Shown here: positions 1 to 8,638 of the stretch, piece after piece
How positions within the stretch are numbered: position 1 is the first letter of the stretch
How the letters are laid out: each line of letters starts with the position of its first letter
Assembly (NCBI GenBank): GCA_963720565.1
Contig: CAVRFW010000005.1
Span: 32,001 to 96,000 of the forward strand
Direction: 5' to 3'
DNA: 64,000 nucleotides
Source: Candidatus Bathyarchaeota archaeon
Lineage (GTDB): Archaea > Thermoproteota > Bathyarchaeia > Bathyarchaeales > Bathycorpusculaceae
Notes under the pieces: model-generated
The model's database searches: none
Seen by the model: only the letters and a program-made list of their open reading frames with translations
What the model was told of the DNA's origin: nothing
Position numbers and translations under genes: made by a program

Positions 1-226
1 CGGAATGCGGGAAATAGTCATTTGCCGAGGCGAAGAACAATGCGGGTTCCACGTAGACCCCAACAACCCATCGGACATTGCATGGGGAGTAACAAGCGCG
101 CTAGAAGATCCGGAAAGAAGCAAATGGATAGGAAAGAACGGCAGAAAACGGGTTCTAAGCGAGTTTACCTGGGGCAAAATCGCAGAGAAGACTGTGGAGC
201 TATACGAAAAAATAGTCAAGCAATAG
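1..226 (+). CDS. GT-B glycosyltransferase (GT4/glycogen synthase-like), C-terminal part; runs off window start
   Basis: GMREIV...GFHVDP..DIAWG...GKNGRKRV..EFTW.KIA.KT..LY is the typical GT4 C-terminal pattern. Confidence 0.8.
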   Translation, partial: GMREIVICRGEEQCGFHVDPNNPSDIAWGVTSALEDPERSKWIGKNGRKRVLSEFTWGKIAEKTVELYEKIVKQ

Positions 227-227
227 C

Positions 228-866
228 TTGTTGGATTTCACGGTGAATAGCGCGGACAGCACTCCTGATTTGAGGTGTAGAATTGCTAGAGAAGCGGCTG
301 TCCTACTTTATTTTGGATCTGAAAAGGAGTATAAACTAGCCAAGGTTAAGGCCGCGGGAGCTTTGAGGGCTCATTTTCTCCCAACAAACCTGGAAGTTGC
401 GTTGGAACTTGACAGATTGGCGGAGGAGAACGAAGGAGACGCGAGAAAAGAGAGGCTGGTTCGAATGCGCAAGGAAGCCTTGAAGATCATGAAACCCCTC
501 AGGCATTACCATCCCGTCCTGATAGGAAGCGTCTGGCGCGGAACCATTCGCCGGGGAAGCGACATCGACATCGCAGTCTACCATGATATTCCAAATGAAG
601 TCTTGCTCCTGCTTAAGGAAAACAGTTTCACAATGTCAAACGCTGAGTGGGTCACCGTGACTAAGAAAGGAAAACCGCAAACGTCTTTCCACATACTCGG
701 CAAACTATCAACTGAATTTCAATTCGAGATTGTTGTCCGAAACCAGGAAGAATCCGCTCAAAAAAGAAAATGCGAAGTTTTCGGAGATGAACTAAAAGGA
801 TTGAACCTCAAAGAGCTTGAGCAACTGCTAAAGGAAAACCCCACTCAAAAATTCATCCCTTCATAG
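228..866 (+). CDS. Nucleotidyltransferase-domain protein
   Basis: Pol-beta-type motif LIGSVWRG...SDIDIAV. Confidence 0.8.
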   Translation: MLDFTVNSADSTPDLRCRIAREAAVLLYFGSEKEYKLAKVKAAGALRAHFLPTNLEVALELDRLAEENEGDARKERLVRMRKEALKIMKPLRHYHPVLIGSVWRGTIRRGSDIDIAVYHDIPNEVLLLLKENSFTMSNAEWVTVTKKGKPQTSFHILGKLSTEFQFEIVVRNQEESAQKRKCEVFGDELKGLNLKELEQLLKENPTQKFIPS

Positions 867-973
867 CAAGAACGTATCACAGAATATTTTCGATGAAAAC
901 CGCGTTTTTCGGGGAAAAAGGCACATAAGCATGAACTCCCGTAATTTTTTATCAAAAGGCTGGCCTAAAAACT

Positions 974-1327
974 ATGGTTTCGGAGACTGACAAGAAAACC
1001 TTCAGAAGAGTGTTCCCACACCTAGCGGACGAACTGGAGCAGGAAGAAGGCAAAGTTCCCATAGACTCGGTACGGACGGATCCCGAATGGGCTGAAGAGA
1101 CCGCAGTTGACGAATTCCGCCACTTTAACCCCACCGTAATAGACTTCATAAGACGCTGCGACACCGAAGCAGAAGCAGAAGCAATCATCCGGCATTTAGA
1201 GAATCGAGGCGAAGTGAGCAAAGAATACTCTGAAGAACTCAGGAAACAACTCAAAGAAGAAGGCGTGAGAAGCTTCGGCCCTAAGAAAGAGGAAAACTAC
1301 TATTTCAAAAAAGCCGGACTCTGCTAG
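974..1327 (+). CDS. Conserved archaeal protein (DUF2095-like)
   Basis: FPHLADEL, PTVIDFIRRCDTE.EA..II..LE.RGE, GVRSFGPKKE pattern. Confidence 0.7.
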   Translation: MVSETDKKTFRRVFPHLADELEQEEGKVPIDSVRTDPEWAEETAVDEFRHFNPTVIDFIRRCDTEAEAEAIIRHLENRGEVSKEYSEELRKQLKEEGVRSFGPKKEENYYFKKAGLC

Positions 1328-1538
1328 ATTTCTCAAGGAACGACCCGAATTATCTTCTTGCCTTAGCCAAAAAGACAGATTGAAGCGATATCGACTTCTC
1401 TGACAGTTACACCAAACGATTCCCATGCTTAAATCAGCTCAGATTTAGGTTGCCACTCCGCTCCTACGGGCTTCTCATTTTTCGGGCGTAACTAAACAGT
1501 TATATTCGCGTTAAGGAAAGGGAATACCGAGTGAGACA

Positions 1539-1823
1539 ATGCAGTTTTCGAAAGTTGAAGGCGAAAAAAAGAGTCACAAGGTCATTGTATACGCTCTGAG
1601 CACTTGCGTCTGGTGCAAAATGACCAAGCAGTTTCTGAAGGACAACAGTGTAGAATATGAGTATGTTAACGTGGACCTCTGCAGCGAAGAAGACAAAGAG
1701 AAAATCCGTCAAGAAATCCAGAATAAAGGCGGAAGCCTGAGTTACCCCACCACAATTATTGACGACAAGACGGTGGTTACGGGTTTTCGCAAGGACCTGC
1801 TTAAGGTGGTGCTTGAACTTTGA
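1539..1823 (+). CDS. Glutaredoxin-like protein (methanoredoxin-like, CVWC active site)
   Basis: YALSTCVWCK and cis-Pro loop SYPTTII; stop overlaps the next start (TTGA). Confidence 0.85.
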   Translation: MQFSKVEGEKKSHKVIVYALSTCVWCKMTKQFLKDNSVEYEYVNVDLCSEEDKEKIRQEIQNKGGSLSYPTTIIDDKTVVTGFRKDLLKVVLEL

Positions 1824-2365
1824 CTCAGACAACTATTGAAAAGATCCAGAAAAGGGCAGAAGCCGACGCCAAAACGTTTGGCTACTACCTAACTCCTGAC
1901 GCTGACCTTCTGCAAGGCTTGCTTGAGGGCTTAAAAACAAACGAGGAGCGTTACGGTTACCCCTCATGCCCGTGCAGGCTAGCGGCAAACGTGTTTGATT
2001 ACGACCGAGACATAATCTGCCCGTGCGACTATAGAGACCCAGACGTCGCAGAATTCGGTGCTTGTTATTGCAGACTCTACGTTAGCAAAGAGGTTTACGA
2101 GGGCAAGACTGAATTGCCAACTGTTCCTGAACGTAGACCCTTGGCAAAGCAGGCTAAAGCGTTTGCACCTGCAGTTCCGCCGCGGGAAGAAAAGCAACTA
2201 GCTGCTGAAAAAGAGGAGATGGTTGAGATAATGCCGAAAATCTGGTACTGCAAACAATGCGGTTACATGGTTTTCAGAGAGGAGCCGCCTTACATCTGCC
2301 CGATATGTAAAGCAAAAAAGGAATTGTTCGCGGAGATAAAAACACGAATAGACATCCGCGGATAG
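1820..2365 (+). CDS. Ferredoxin:thioredoxin/disulfide reductase catalytic subunit with C-terminal rubredoxin-like domain (FDR-like)
   Basis: CPC, CPC, CYC FTR motifs; WYCKQCGY...CPICK rubredoxin-like tail. Confidence 0.9.
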   Translation: MTQTTIEKIQKRAEADAKTFGYYLTPDADLLQGLLEGLKTNEERYGYPSCPCRLAANVFDYDRDIICPCDYRDPDVAEFGACYCRLYVSKEVYEGKTELPTVPERRPLAKQAKAFAPAVPPREEKQLAAEKEEMVEIMPKIWYCKQCGYMVFREEPPYICPICKAKKELFAEIKTRIDIRG

Positions 2366-2372
2366 CCTTTTT

Positions 2373-2522
2373 TTAGATTGAAATTTCAATCTTTATTTTT
2401 TTCCAATCGGCGTTTATTCCTTTAAGTGAAGTCACGCCGCCCACGATTGCACCTGTCAAGATTTTTTCAACAAAATCATTAAGCGGGATATCATTCCCGT
2501 CAACCTGAAGCTTCATTTTCAT
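2373..2522 (-). CDS. 49-aa small protein, not in ORF track (MKMKLQVDGNDIPLNDFVEKILTGAIVGGVTSLKGINADWKKIKIEISI)
   Basis: Hand translation; GAGGTGA RBS upstream; resembles the VDG..IPLN.FV..SLKG module seen at the C-terminus of some MobB-like proteins. Confidence 0.7.
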   Translation of the reverse strand: MKMKLQVDGNDIPLNDFVEKILTGAIVGGVTSLKGINADWKKIKIEISI

Positions 2523-2592
2523 CAGATTCACCTCAGACACTGCTAGTGCGGCTTGCAGTAAAAGTTTTTGTAGAAAGAAGAATCACTAAGTA

Positions 2593-3267
2593 ATGAAGGC
2601 TACGATCGTGAAGAAACCAGAAGTCTATCTTGAACCCAAAGACCGAGTATTACAGATTATCGAGCTGCTTGAGAAGGAGCATCCGGACGCGAAAATCGCT
2701 CTTAACTTCTCCAATCCCCTCGAGTTGCTAGTGGCGACCATACTGTCTGCTCAGTGCACCGACGAGCGAGTCAACATCGTGACCAAGAATTTGTTCAAGA
2801 AATATACGAAAGCAGAAGACTATGCAGACGCAGACCTAAAGGAGTTCGAACAGGACATCAGGTCCACTGGATTTTACCACAACAAAGCCAAGAACATAAA
2901 GAAAGCCGCTGGCTTGCTGGTTGAAAAATTCAATTCAAAAGTTCCTGGCACGATGGAGGAGCTGCTTGAACTTTCCGGAGTGGCGAGGAAGACCGCCAAC
3001 ATCGTCATATTCAACGCTTACGGCGTTATCGCTGGGGTGGCGGTTGATACCCATGTGCGCAGACTCTCTCAAAGACTTGGCTTATCCGAGAACGAGGATC
3101 CAAACAAGATAGAAAAAGATTTGATGAACATCGTGCCTAAGGAATGTTGGATGCGAATTACTGACCTACTGATTTTTCATGGTAGACGCATTTGCCCAGC
3201 AAAAAAGCCGAAATGCGGGGCTTGTGTGCTGAACAAAATCTGCCTTTCAGCTTTCACTTTCGGGTAA
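2593..3267 (+). CDS. nth: Endonuclease III
   Basis: LSAQCTD, HhH GVARKTAN, VDTHV, 4Fe-4S loop CPAKKPKCGACVLNKIC. Confidence 0.95.
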   Translation: MKATIVKKPEVYLEPKDRVLQIIELLEKEHPDAKIALNFSNPLELLVATILSAQCTDERVNIVTKNLFKKYTKAEDYADADLKEFEQDIRSTGFYHNKAKNIKKAAGLLVEKFNSKVPGTMEELLELSGVARKTANIVIFNAYGVIAGVAVDTHVRRLSQRLGLSENEDPNKIEKDLMNIVPKECWMRITDLLIFHGRRICPAKKPKCGACVLNKICLSAFTFG

Positions 3268-3373
3268 GAACCCCTTTCACTACGGGTTCTGGTGGTTGCG
3301 CTGTAGTGCTGTTGTCAGCGGCACAGTCTTTCGTCTATTGTCAATTGGCTTTTTGCGTCGCCAAAAAGGTTTG

Positions 3374-3799
3374 TCAGCCGAGTCGTTTGTGTTCAATCAT
3401 GATGCACTTGTCCATTATAACGGATAACCCCGCTTCCTGGGCTGTTTTCGCCGCGTCCTCGTTGACAATCCCCAACTGCATCCAGACAACGTCTGGTTTT
3501 CCATGCGTTTCCCTCAGCTTAATCGCCTGCTCCACTATCGAGGGAACATCCTCTGCCGGCCTAAAAATGTCAATGATGTCTACAGCTTTCTGAATCTCAA
3601 ACGGAATGTCAACGAGACTCTTATAACTTTTCTCGCTCAGAATTCTGTCCGCAGTCGGATTAACGGGTATTATGGTGAAACCATGTTCTTTCATGTATAA
3701 GCTAACCCTGTGGCTGGCTTTTTCCGGGTCTCTGGAGAGCCCAACAACCGCAATGACTTTGGATTTCTGCAGAATCTCATGAATTTCTCTCCGGCTCAA
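3374..3799 (-). CDS. CoA-binding protein (YccU-like)
   Basis: IAVVGLS, IIPVNP, DIIDIFRP, WMQLGI, MDKC. Confidence 0.9.
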   Translation of the reverse strand: MSRREIHEILQKSKVIAVVGLSRDPEKASHRVSLYMKEHGFTIIPVNPTADRILSEKSYKSLVDIPFEIQKAVDIIDIFRPAEDVPSIVEQAIKLRETHGKPDVVWMQLGIVNEDAAKTAQEAGLSVIMDKCIMIEHKRLG

Positions 3800-3833
3800 G
3801 ACAACAACCCCTCTCTAATCGCTAACCAGTCTG

Positions 3834-4769
3834 TTAGGGGGTTTCCTTCAGAGTTAATTCGAAGAAGTGTTCTCTTCCGTTTCGCAGTGCGAAAATTCTG
3901 ACTTTCTCCCCGACCGGCCTCTTGCGTATTTCTCTGACCAAGTCTTCGATTCTATGGGTTTCTGCATTGTCTATTTCCAGGATTATGTCCTCTTGCTCCA
4001 TTCCGGCTTCTTCTGCAGGACTTCTTCCTGCGACTCTTGTCACGAATACCCCTTTTGTCACGGGCAACCTGTAGTAGCGCGCTATTTCGGCAGTTATGCT
4101 TAAACCCACGATGCCCAGCCATGCCCGTTTAGCTGTCCCTTCAGTAACGATCCCGTCGGTGCACGTCTTTGCCGATTCAATGGGAATCGCGAAACCTATG
4201 CCCTGGGCGAAAGGAATTATCGCCGTATTTATTGCGATGACTTTGCCTTCTAGATTTACCAATGGACCCCCACTGTTTCCCGGATTGATGGCCGCGTCCG
4301 TTTGAACTAGGTTTTCCAGTAGTCCGCCTTGAGAGTCTATGGTTCTGTTGACGGCGCTGACTACTCCAGAGGTTACGCTGGGTCCCCCTGCCAAGCCCAA
4401 GGGGTTTCCGATTGCGTAGACTCTTTGACCAACTTTAAGATTGCTCGAATCGCCTAGTTCAGCGGGGGGCAAGTCTTTGGCATCCACTTTGATCACGGCG
4501 ATGTCGTGTACGGCACATGAACCCACAATTGTGCCTTCCAAGACTTGATTGTTCCAGAGGGTTACATCGATTTTGTCTGCGCCGTGGACTACGTGGTTGT
4601 TGGTGAGGATGAGACCTTCAGAGTCGATTATGGTGCCAGAGCCCATTCCCGCGACTGGAACCGCTTGATAGAACATGTTGCTGACGAGTTTCACGGTGCT
4701 GATGTTAACGACACTCTTGCTTACCTTATCGATTAATTCTAGAACTTTCTCTTCATCGTAAGTGGGCAA
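3834..4769 (-). CDS. HtrA/DegP-like serine protease with PDZ domain
   Basis: ILTNNHVV, DIAVI, QTDAAINPGNSGGPL catalytic triad; C-terminal PDZ; no obvious signal peptide. Confidence 0.92.
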   Translation of the reverse strand: MPTYDEEKVLELIDKVSKSVVNISTVKLVSNMFYQAVPVAGMGSGTIIDSEGLILTNNHVVHGADKIDVTLWNNQVLEGTIVGSCAVHDIAVIKVDAKDLPPAELGDSSNLKVGQRVYAIGNPLGLAGGPSVTSGVVSAVNRTIDSQGGLLENLVQTDAAINPGNSGGPLVNLEGKVIAINTAIIPFAQGIGFAIPIESAKTCTDGIVTEGTAKRAWLGIVGLSITAEIARYYRLPVTKGVFVTRVAGRSPAEEAGMEQEDIILEIDNAETHRIEDLVREIRKRPVGEKVRIFALRNGREHFFELTLKETP

Positions 4770-4847
4770 TCTACGTTTCCGCCTCGGGAATCATGTTAGC
4801 TCCGTTTTTAATATATTTTCAACCTGCCAAGAAAACACGGAGCGGGC

Positions 4848-5228
4848 CTATATGGAAATGCAGAAAGTGCATGATTCGGCCCAGGTCTCGTTCATCTTGC
4901 TCTTGCAGAGCGAGCAAAGTAGCCCTTTTCTGCGGATTGTTTTGCAGGTGACGCAAAAAAGTGTGAGTATTTCCTGTTTTTTTTGCGGTTCGTTTAGGAT
5001 AAAGTGTGTCATCTCTTCTATGAGTTTTTGCACTTCGGGAACATTTTCGATTGACATGAGGTTTCCCCTGCCTTTGTTGACGTATCGACTTACTGCGGAT
5101 TGGGACAAGCCCAGTATGTCAGCGGCCTGTTGTTCTTTCATTCCGTGTTTCTCCACTATGGTTCTAGCCATTAGGGCTTTCACGGCTGGCAAAACTGTTC
5201 TTACCCCGACTTCGCATGGCAACAGCAT
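4848..5228 (-). CDS. HTH transcriptional regulator (archaeal PCE...LP-type) with Cys-rich C-terminus
   Basis: MLLPCEVGVRTVLP, HTH EQQAADILGLSQSAVSRY, CVTC/CSLC/CTFC. Confidence 0.85.
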   Translation of the reverse strand: MLLPCEVGVRTVLPAVKALMARTIVEKHGMKEQQAADILGLSQSAVSRYVNKGRGNLMSIENVPEVQKLIEEMTHFILNEPQKKQEILTLFCVTCKTIRRKGLLCSLCKSKMNETWAESCTFCISI

Positions 5229-5270
5229 TTTTTCACCAATTTTACTTATGTTTACTGGAAACGCATATAA

Positions 5271-5306
5271 ATATGTCGCGTGTCATGATTATATGACGCG
5301 TGTCAT
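5271..5306. promoter_or_regulatory. Tandem palindromic operator-like repeats ATATG(T/A)CGCGTGTCAT x2 adjoining a TATA-like element
   Basis: 16-bp copies at 5271-5286 and 5291-5306 (1 mismatch, 20-bp period); second copy has ATGAC...GTCAT dyad; CATATAAATA at 5264-5273. Confidence 0.65.
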
Positions 5307-5391
5307 TACGGGACCAGCTTCTAAATCAACCCCACAACCCAACTCTCAACCCCTACCCGTCAGACCACACGTCAAAGAGAGGAATCGAAAA

Positions 5392-6336
5392 ATGAGAGCC
5401 GCAACAGCCCACCGTGAAAAATCGGAAAAAAATCACGACCTTACGAACATGCTTGAAACTTTAGACGCCAAATGCCGCAAATGCGCGCCCCTAAATCCAC
5501 TCGAATGCATAACCAACTGCAGAGTTTGGAAACTGAAGAACGAACTCAGAAGACTACACGAAGCCATGAGCAACCCAAATTTCACAAAGGACCTACTTAA
5601 TACGCTAAAGAACGAAAAGCGCCTGCACATCTTGAAAGCAATTGTAAGAGGACAATGCAGCCTAACCCAAATTCAGCAGGAACTAAAGAAAACAGGCTGC
5701 TCATGCAGTCAAGACACAATCAGCGAAGAATACTTGAGCCCGTTATTGGAAGTGGGACTTGCAGCCGAAACCCAAGACAGATACCAAGCGACAGCATTTG
5801 GCGGAAGACTAACTGAAATGCTAAAAGGTTTCCCCGAATTCATCAACGTTCTACCCAGCAGTTCCGAGTGCTACGAAGAGGTTCTCCTCAGCGCATTGTT
5901 GCCAGGACCAAAAACGTTCGAAGGCGTCGAAGCAGTAATCTCTCCAACGATTGTTTCGCGTACACTAAAACGACTCAAAACAGCAGGCTTAATCACAACC
6001 TCAGAAGACAGAGACTACATATTCTTCTTCCGATCAAAGCGTGATTTGAACAAGGAAACACTCTCGCCAGCCCAGAAGCGAGTTTACGAAAGCATCCCCG
6101 ACGCTGGAATCGCAGCGAAGAAACTTGCCGAGAAGACTAATCTGTCCGTAAGACGAACGTACAAGTATTTGCGGGAACTAAAGGGAAAGAAACTGACGTT
6201 CACAAGAAAAACCCCGAAAGTCTATCGTTTAACCGGAAAAGGCGAAAAATTGGCTCTCATGCTTCATGACCTGCAGAAAATGGTTGAAGAAGCTTGGAAT
6301 TCATCCGAACAGATAGTCAGCAAAGAAAATTCCTAG
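5392..6336 (+). CDS. Multi-winged-helix DNA-binding protein with N-terminal Cys cluster
   Basis: ATG 5392 after GAGAGG; CRKC-x6-CITNC; several wHTH-like segments (SRTLKRLKTAGLI; SVRRTYKYLRELKGKKL). ORF-track extension to 4762 is a shadow of the opposite-strand gene. Confidence 0.75.
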   Translation: MRAATAHREKSEKNHDLTNMLETLDAKCRKCAPLNPLECITNCRVWKLKNELRRLHEAMSNPNFTKDLLNTLKNEKRLHILKAIVRGQCSLTQIQQELKKTGCSCSQDTISEEYLSPLLEVGLAAETQDRYQATAFGGRLTEMLKGFPEFINVLPSSSECYEEVLLSALLPGPKTFEGVEAVISPTIVSRTLKRLKTAGLITTSEDRDYIFFFRSKRDLNKETLSPAQKRVYESIPDAGIAAKKLAEKTNLSVRRTYKYLRELKGKKLTFTRKTPKVYRLTGKGEKLALMLHDLQKMVEEAWNSSEQIVSKENS

Positions 6337-6507
6337 AATCAACTTGACTTTTTATCAGTGCACTTCGTTCCGAGTTTGACAGTGCTGCCTACTCGAATGA
6401 AGACCTCAAGAAGAGGAAAGTCAGACTTGAACTGGGCTTAGCGTTGTCAGGGAACTGAACGCGCTTAACCTAAACAGTTAAGATGAGGTTGCATTAATCA
6501 GTTATCT

Positions 6508-6948
6508 ATGCAAGAAGAGAAATTCACGTCTGAACTCATCGCGCCATGCGGAATGAACTGCGGAATATGTGTATCATTTTTTGGTTATACAATGGAAGGT
6601 AAAAAGAGAAAACATACCTGCATCACCTGCCGGTCAAGAGCCAGCAGATGCGCGTTTGTCCAACAACAATGCGGAAAACTGGCAACCAAACAAATCAAGT
6701 ATTGCTTTGAATGTACAGATTTTCCATGCGCAAACCTAAGAGCACTTGACAACCGCTACAGAAACAAGTATGGAATGAGCATGATTGAGAACCTGAACTA
6801 CATCAAGGCAAATGGCATCAAGCAATTCCTGAAAAACGAACAAGAAAGATGGAAATGCCCCGGCTGCGGCGGAATCATTTGCGTCCACAACGGAACGTGC
6901 TACACCTGCAATCAAACCCGAGAAGCTCGCGGAAACCTTCAAGGTTGA
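6508..6948 (+). CDS. Cys-rich DUF3795-like protein
   Basis: IAPCGMNCGIC, CITCR, YCFECTDFPC, WKCPGCGG..C. Confidence 0.8.
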   Translation: MQEEKFTSELIAPCGMNCGICVSFFGYTMEGKKRKHTCITCRSRASRCAFVQQQCGKLATKQIKYCFECTDFPCANLRALDNRYRNKYGMSMIENLNYIKANGIKQFLKNEQERWKCPGCGGIICVHNGTCYTCNQTREARGNLQG

Positions 6949-7026
6949 AATCCAGACTCAAAACTGTCCGGGATATTTGCGTAACAAATACGGATTCTCG
7001 AAAAGATTGAGATGCGACTTCTGTCT

Positions 7027-8400
7027 CTAGGCGGGCGCGAGGTTTCCGAATGCCTGCTGGACCACTTCGGTGAGGGCTGGATGTATGTGCATTGCGCGCA
7101 ATATTGGCGCGTAGCTTTTTGTTTCAGTGATTATAACGTTGACTATTTCCTGGATGAGTACGGATGCTTCAGCGCCGATTATGTGTCCGCCCAGAACTTT
7201 GCCTGTTTCTCGTTCAACTATGACTTTAACGAACCCTTCTGGTTCACCCATAGCTGCACCCATAGCCGTGTTCTTGTATTGGGCTTTGCCAACTAAAATT
7301 TTGTAGCCCTGGTTTTTGGCCTCTTCCTCTTTTAAGCCTACTGCGGCAACCTGCGGGTGACTGAATATTGCATGTGGTGCGGCTGAATAATCCATCGGCA
7401 CCTTGTGTTCGTGAATTGAGTTGTGCCACACTATGCCCGCTTCGTAGTTAGCGACGTGTTTGAACATTTTTTTTCCTATCGCGTCGCCGAATGCCCATAT
7501 GTTCTTCTTGCCTGTTTCAAGGAACTCGTTCACTTTAATGTACCCGCGCTCATCCAGAGCAACGCCTGTTTTTTCCGGCTTAAGGGTGTCTGAGTTGGGA
7601 ATTCTTCCTGCTGCAATCATTAACGCCTCTGCAGAGAAGTCTTGGAGAGCACCGTTTTCCCGGTTTTTCGCAGTCACTATTTTCATGTTATCCTCTTGTC
7701 TGACCTCTAACACCTCGAAGCCCAAGTGTATCTCAATTCTCTGCTCCAGTTCTTTTTTGAGCAAATCTGAGATTTCCGGTTCCTCATCCGGTAGGAGTCT
7801 ATTGGGTCTTTGAAGTATCGTTGTTTTGACGCCTATTCCGGTGAAGAAGTGGCCGTACTCTACACCTATGTAGCCTCCGCCCACGATGATGACGCTCTTT
7901 GGCGGATTCTCCAACTCTAGAACTGTGTCGCTTGTCAGGTAATCTACGTTCTCAACGCCTTTTATCTTGGGGATTCCAACTCGTGCACCAGACGCGATGA
8001 ATATTTTATCTGCCTTGATAGTTTGGGTCCCCACTTGCAAAGAATAATCGCCTATGAACTCTCCCTTGTTTTTGAACCACTTGAGGTTAGGAGTAGCTTC
8101 GACACCTCTTGTCTGAGCCCCAGTGTCTTCCTTGACTAGGGTGTGCATTCGCGTCATTATTTTCTTGAAGTCGACGGAGTTTATGGTGGCGTTAACGCCG
8201 ATTTTTTCAGCTTCCCGCGCAAGGGTAGCGACGTCCGCGGGGTAAATCAGCATCTTCGAAGGGACGCAACCGCGGTTTATGCAGGTTCCTCCCATGGGTC
8301 CGTTGTCAACGACTGCTGTGGTCAAGCCGTTCTCAACTGCTGCAGACGCAACAATCATTCCAGAACCGGTGCCTATTACGAGAACATCAAAACTTTCCAT
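7027..8400 (-). CDS. Dihydrolipoamide dehydrogenase-family flavoprotein disulfide reductase
   Basis: GTGSG, GGTCINRGCVPSK, GGGYIG, HIHPALTE. Confidence 0.9.
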   Translation of the reverse strand: MESFDVLVIGTGSGMIVASAAVENGLTTAVVDNGPMGGTCINRGCVPSKMLIYPADVATLAREAEKIGVNATINSVDFKKIMTRMHTLVKEDTGAQTRGVEATPNLKWFKNKGEFIGDYSLQVGTQTIKADKIFIASGARVGIPKIKGVENVDYLTSDTVLELENPPKSVIIVGGGYIGVEYGHFFTGIGVKTTILQRPNRLLPDEEPEISDLLKKELEQRIEIHLGFEVLEVRQEDNMKIVTAKNRENGALQDFSAEALMIAAGRIPNSDTLKPEKTGVALDERGYIKVNEFLETGKKNIWAFGDAIGKKMFKHVANYEAGIVWHNSIHEHKVPMDYSAAPHAIFSHPQVAAVGLKEEEAKNQGYKILVGKAQYKNTAMGAAMGEPEGFVKVIVERETGKVLGGHIIGAEASVLIQEIVNVIITETKSYAPILRAMHIHPALTEVVQQAFGNLAPA

Positions 8401-8524
8401 AGCAATTTCAACTCAAACAAAGATGCACGAAGAACACAAATAAACCTTTCAACCGCGATCACCGAACCGGTCTGCTGGAAAATCTTTTATTTACATTCCA
8501 GAAATATCTATTGTTGGGTTGATT

Positions 8525-8638
8525 ATGTCAGAAGAAAAGAAGAAAGAAATTTACTACAAGAAGAAAGAGAAAACGGCAAAAGAAGTCAAGGCAAAAGAGA
8601 AAAAACCGAAAAAACCAAAGAAAGTCAAGAAGAAGTAG
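8525..8638 (+). CDS. 37-aa lysine-rich microprotein, not in ORF track (MSEEKKKEIYYKKKEKTAKEVKAKEKKPKKPKKVKKK)
   Basis: Hand translation; 19 Lys; GGGTTGA upstream; fills an otherwise empty intergenic space. Confidence 0.55.
   Translation: MSEEKKKEIYYKKKEKTAKEVKAKEKKPKKPKKVKKK

Noticed and set aside
4762..5391. N-terminal 210 aa of the 524-aa ORF
   Set aside because: Antisense shadow of the HTH gene and its promoter; RBS-preceded ATG at 5392 is more plausible
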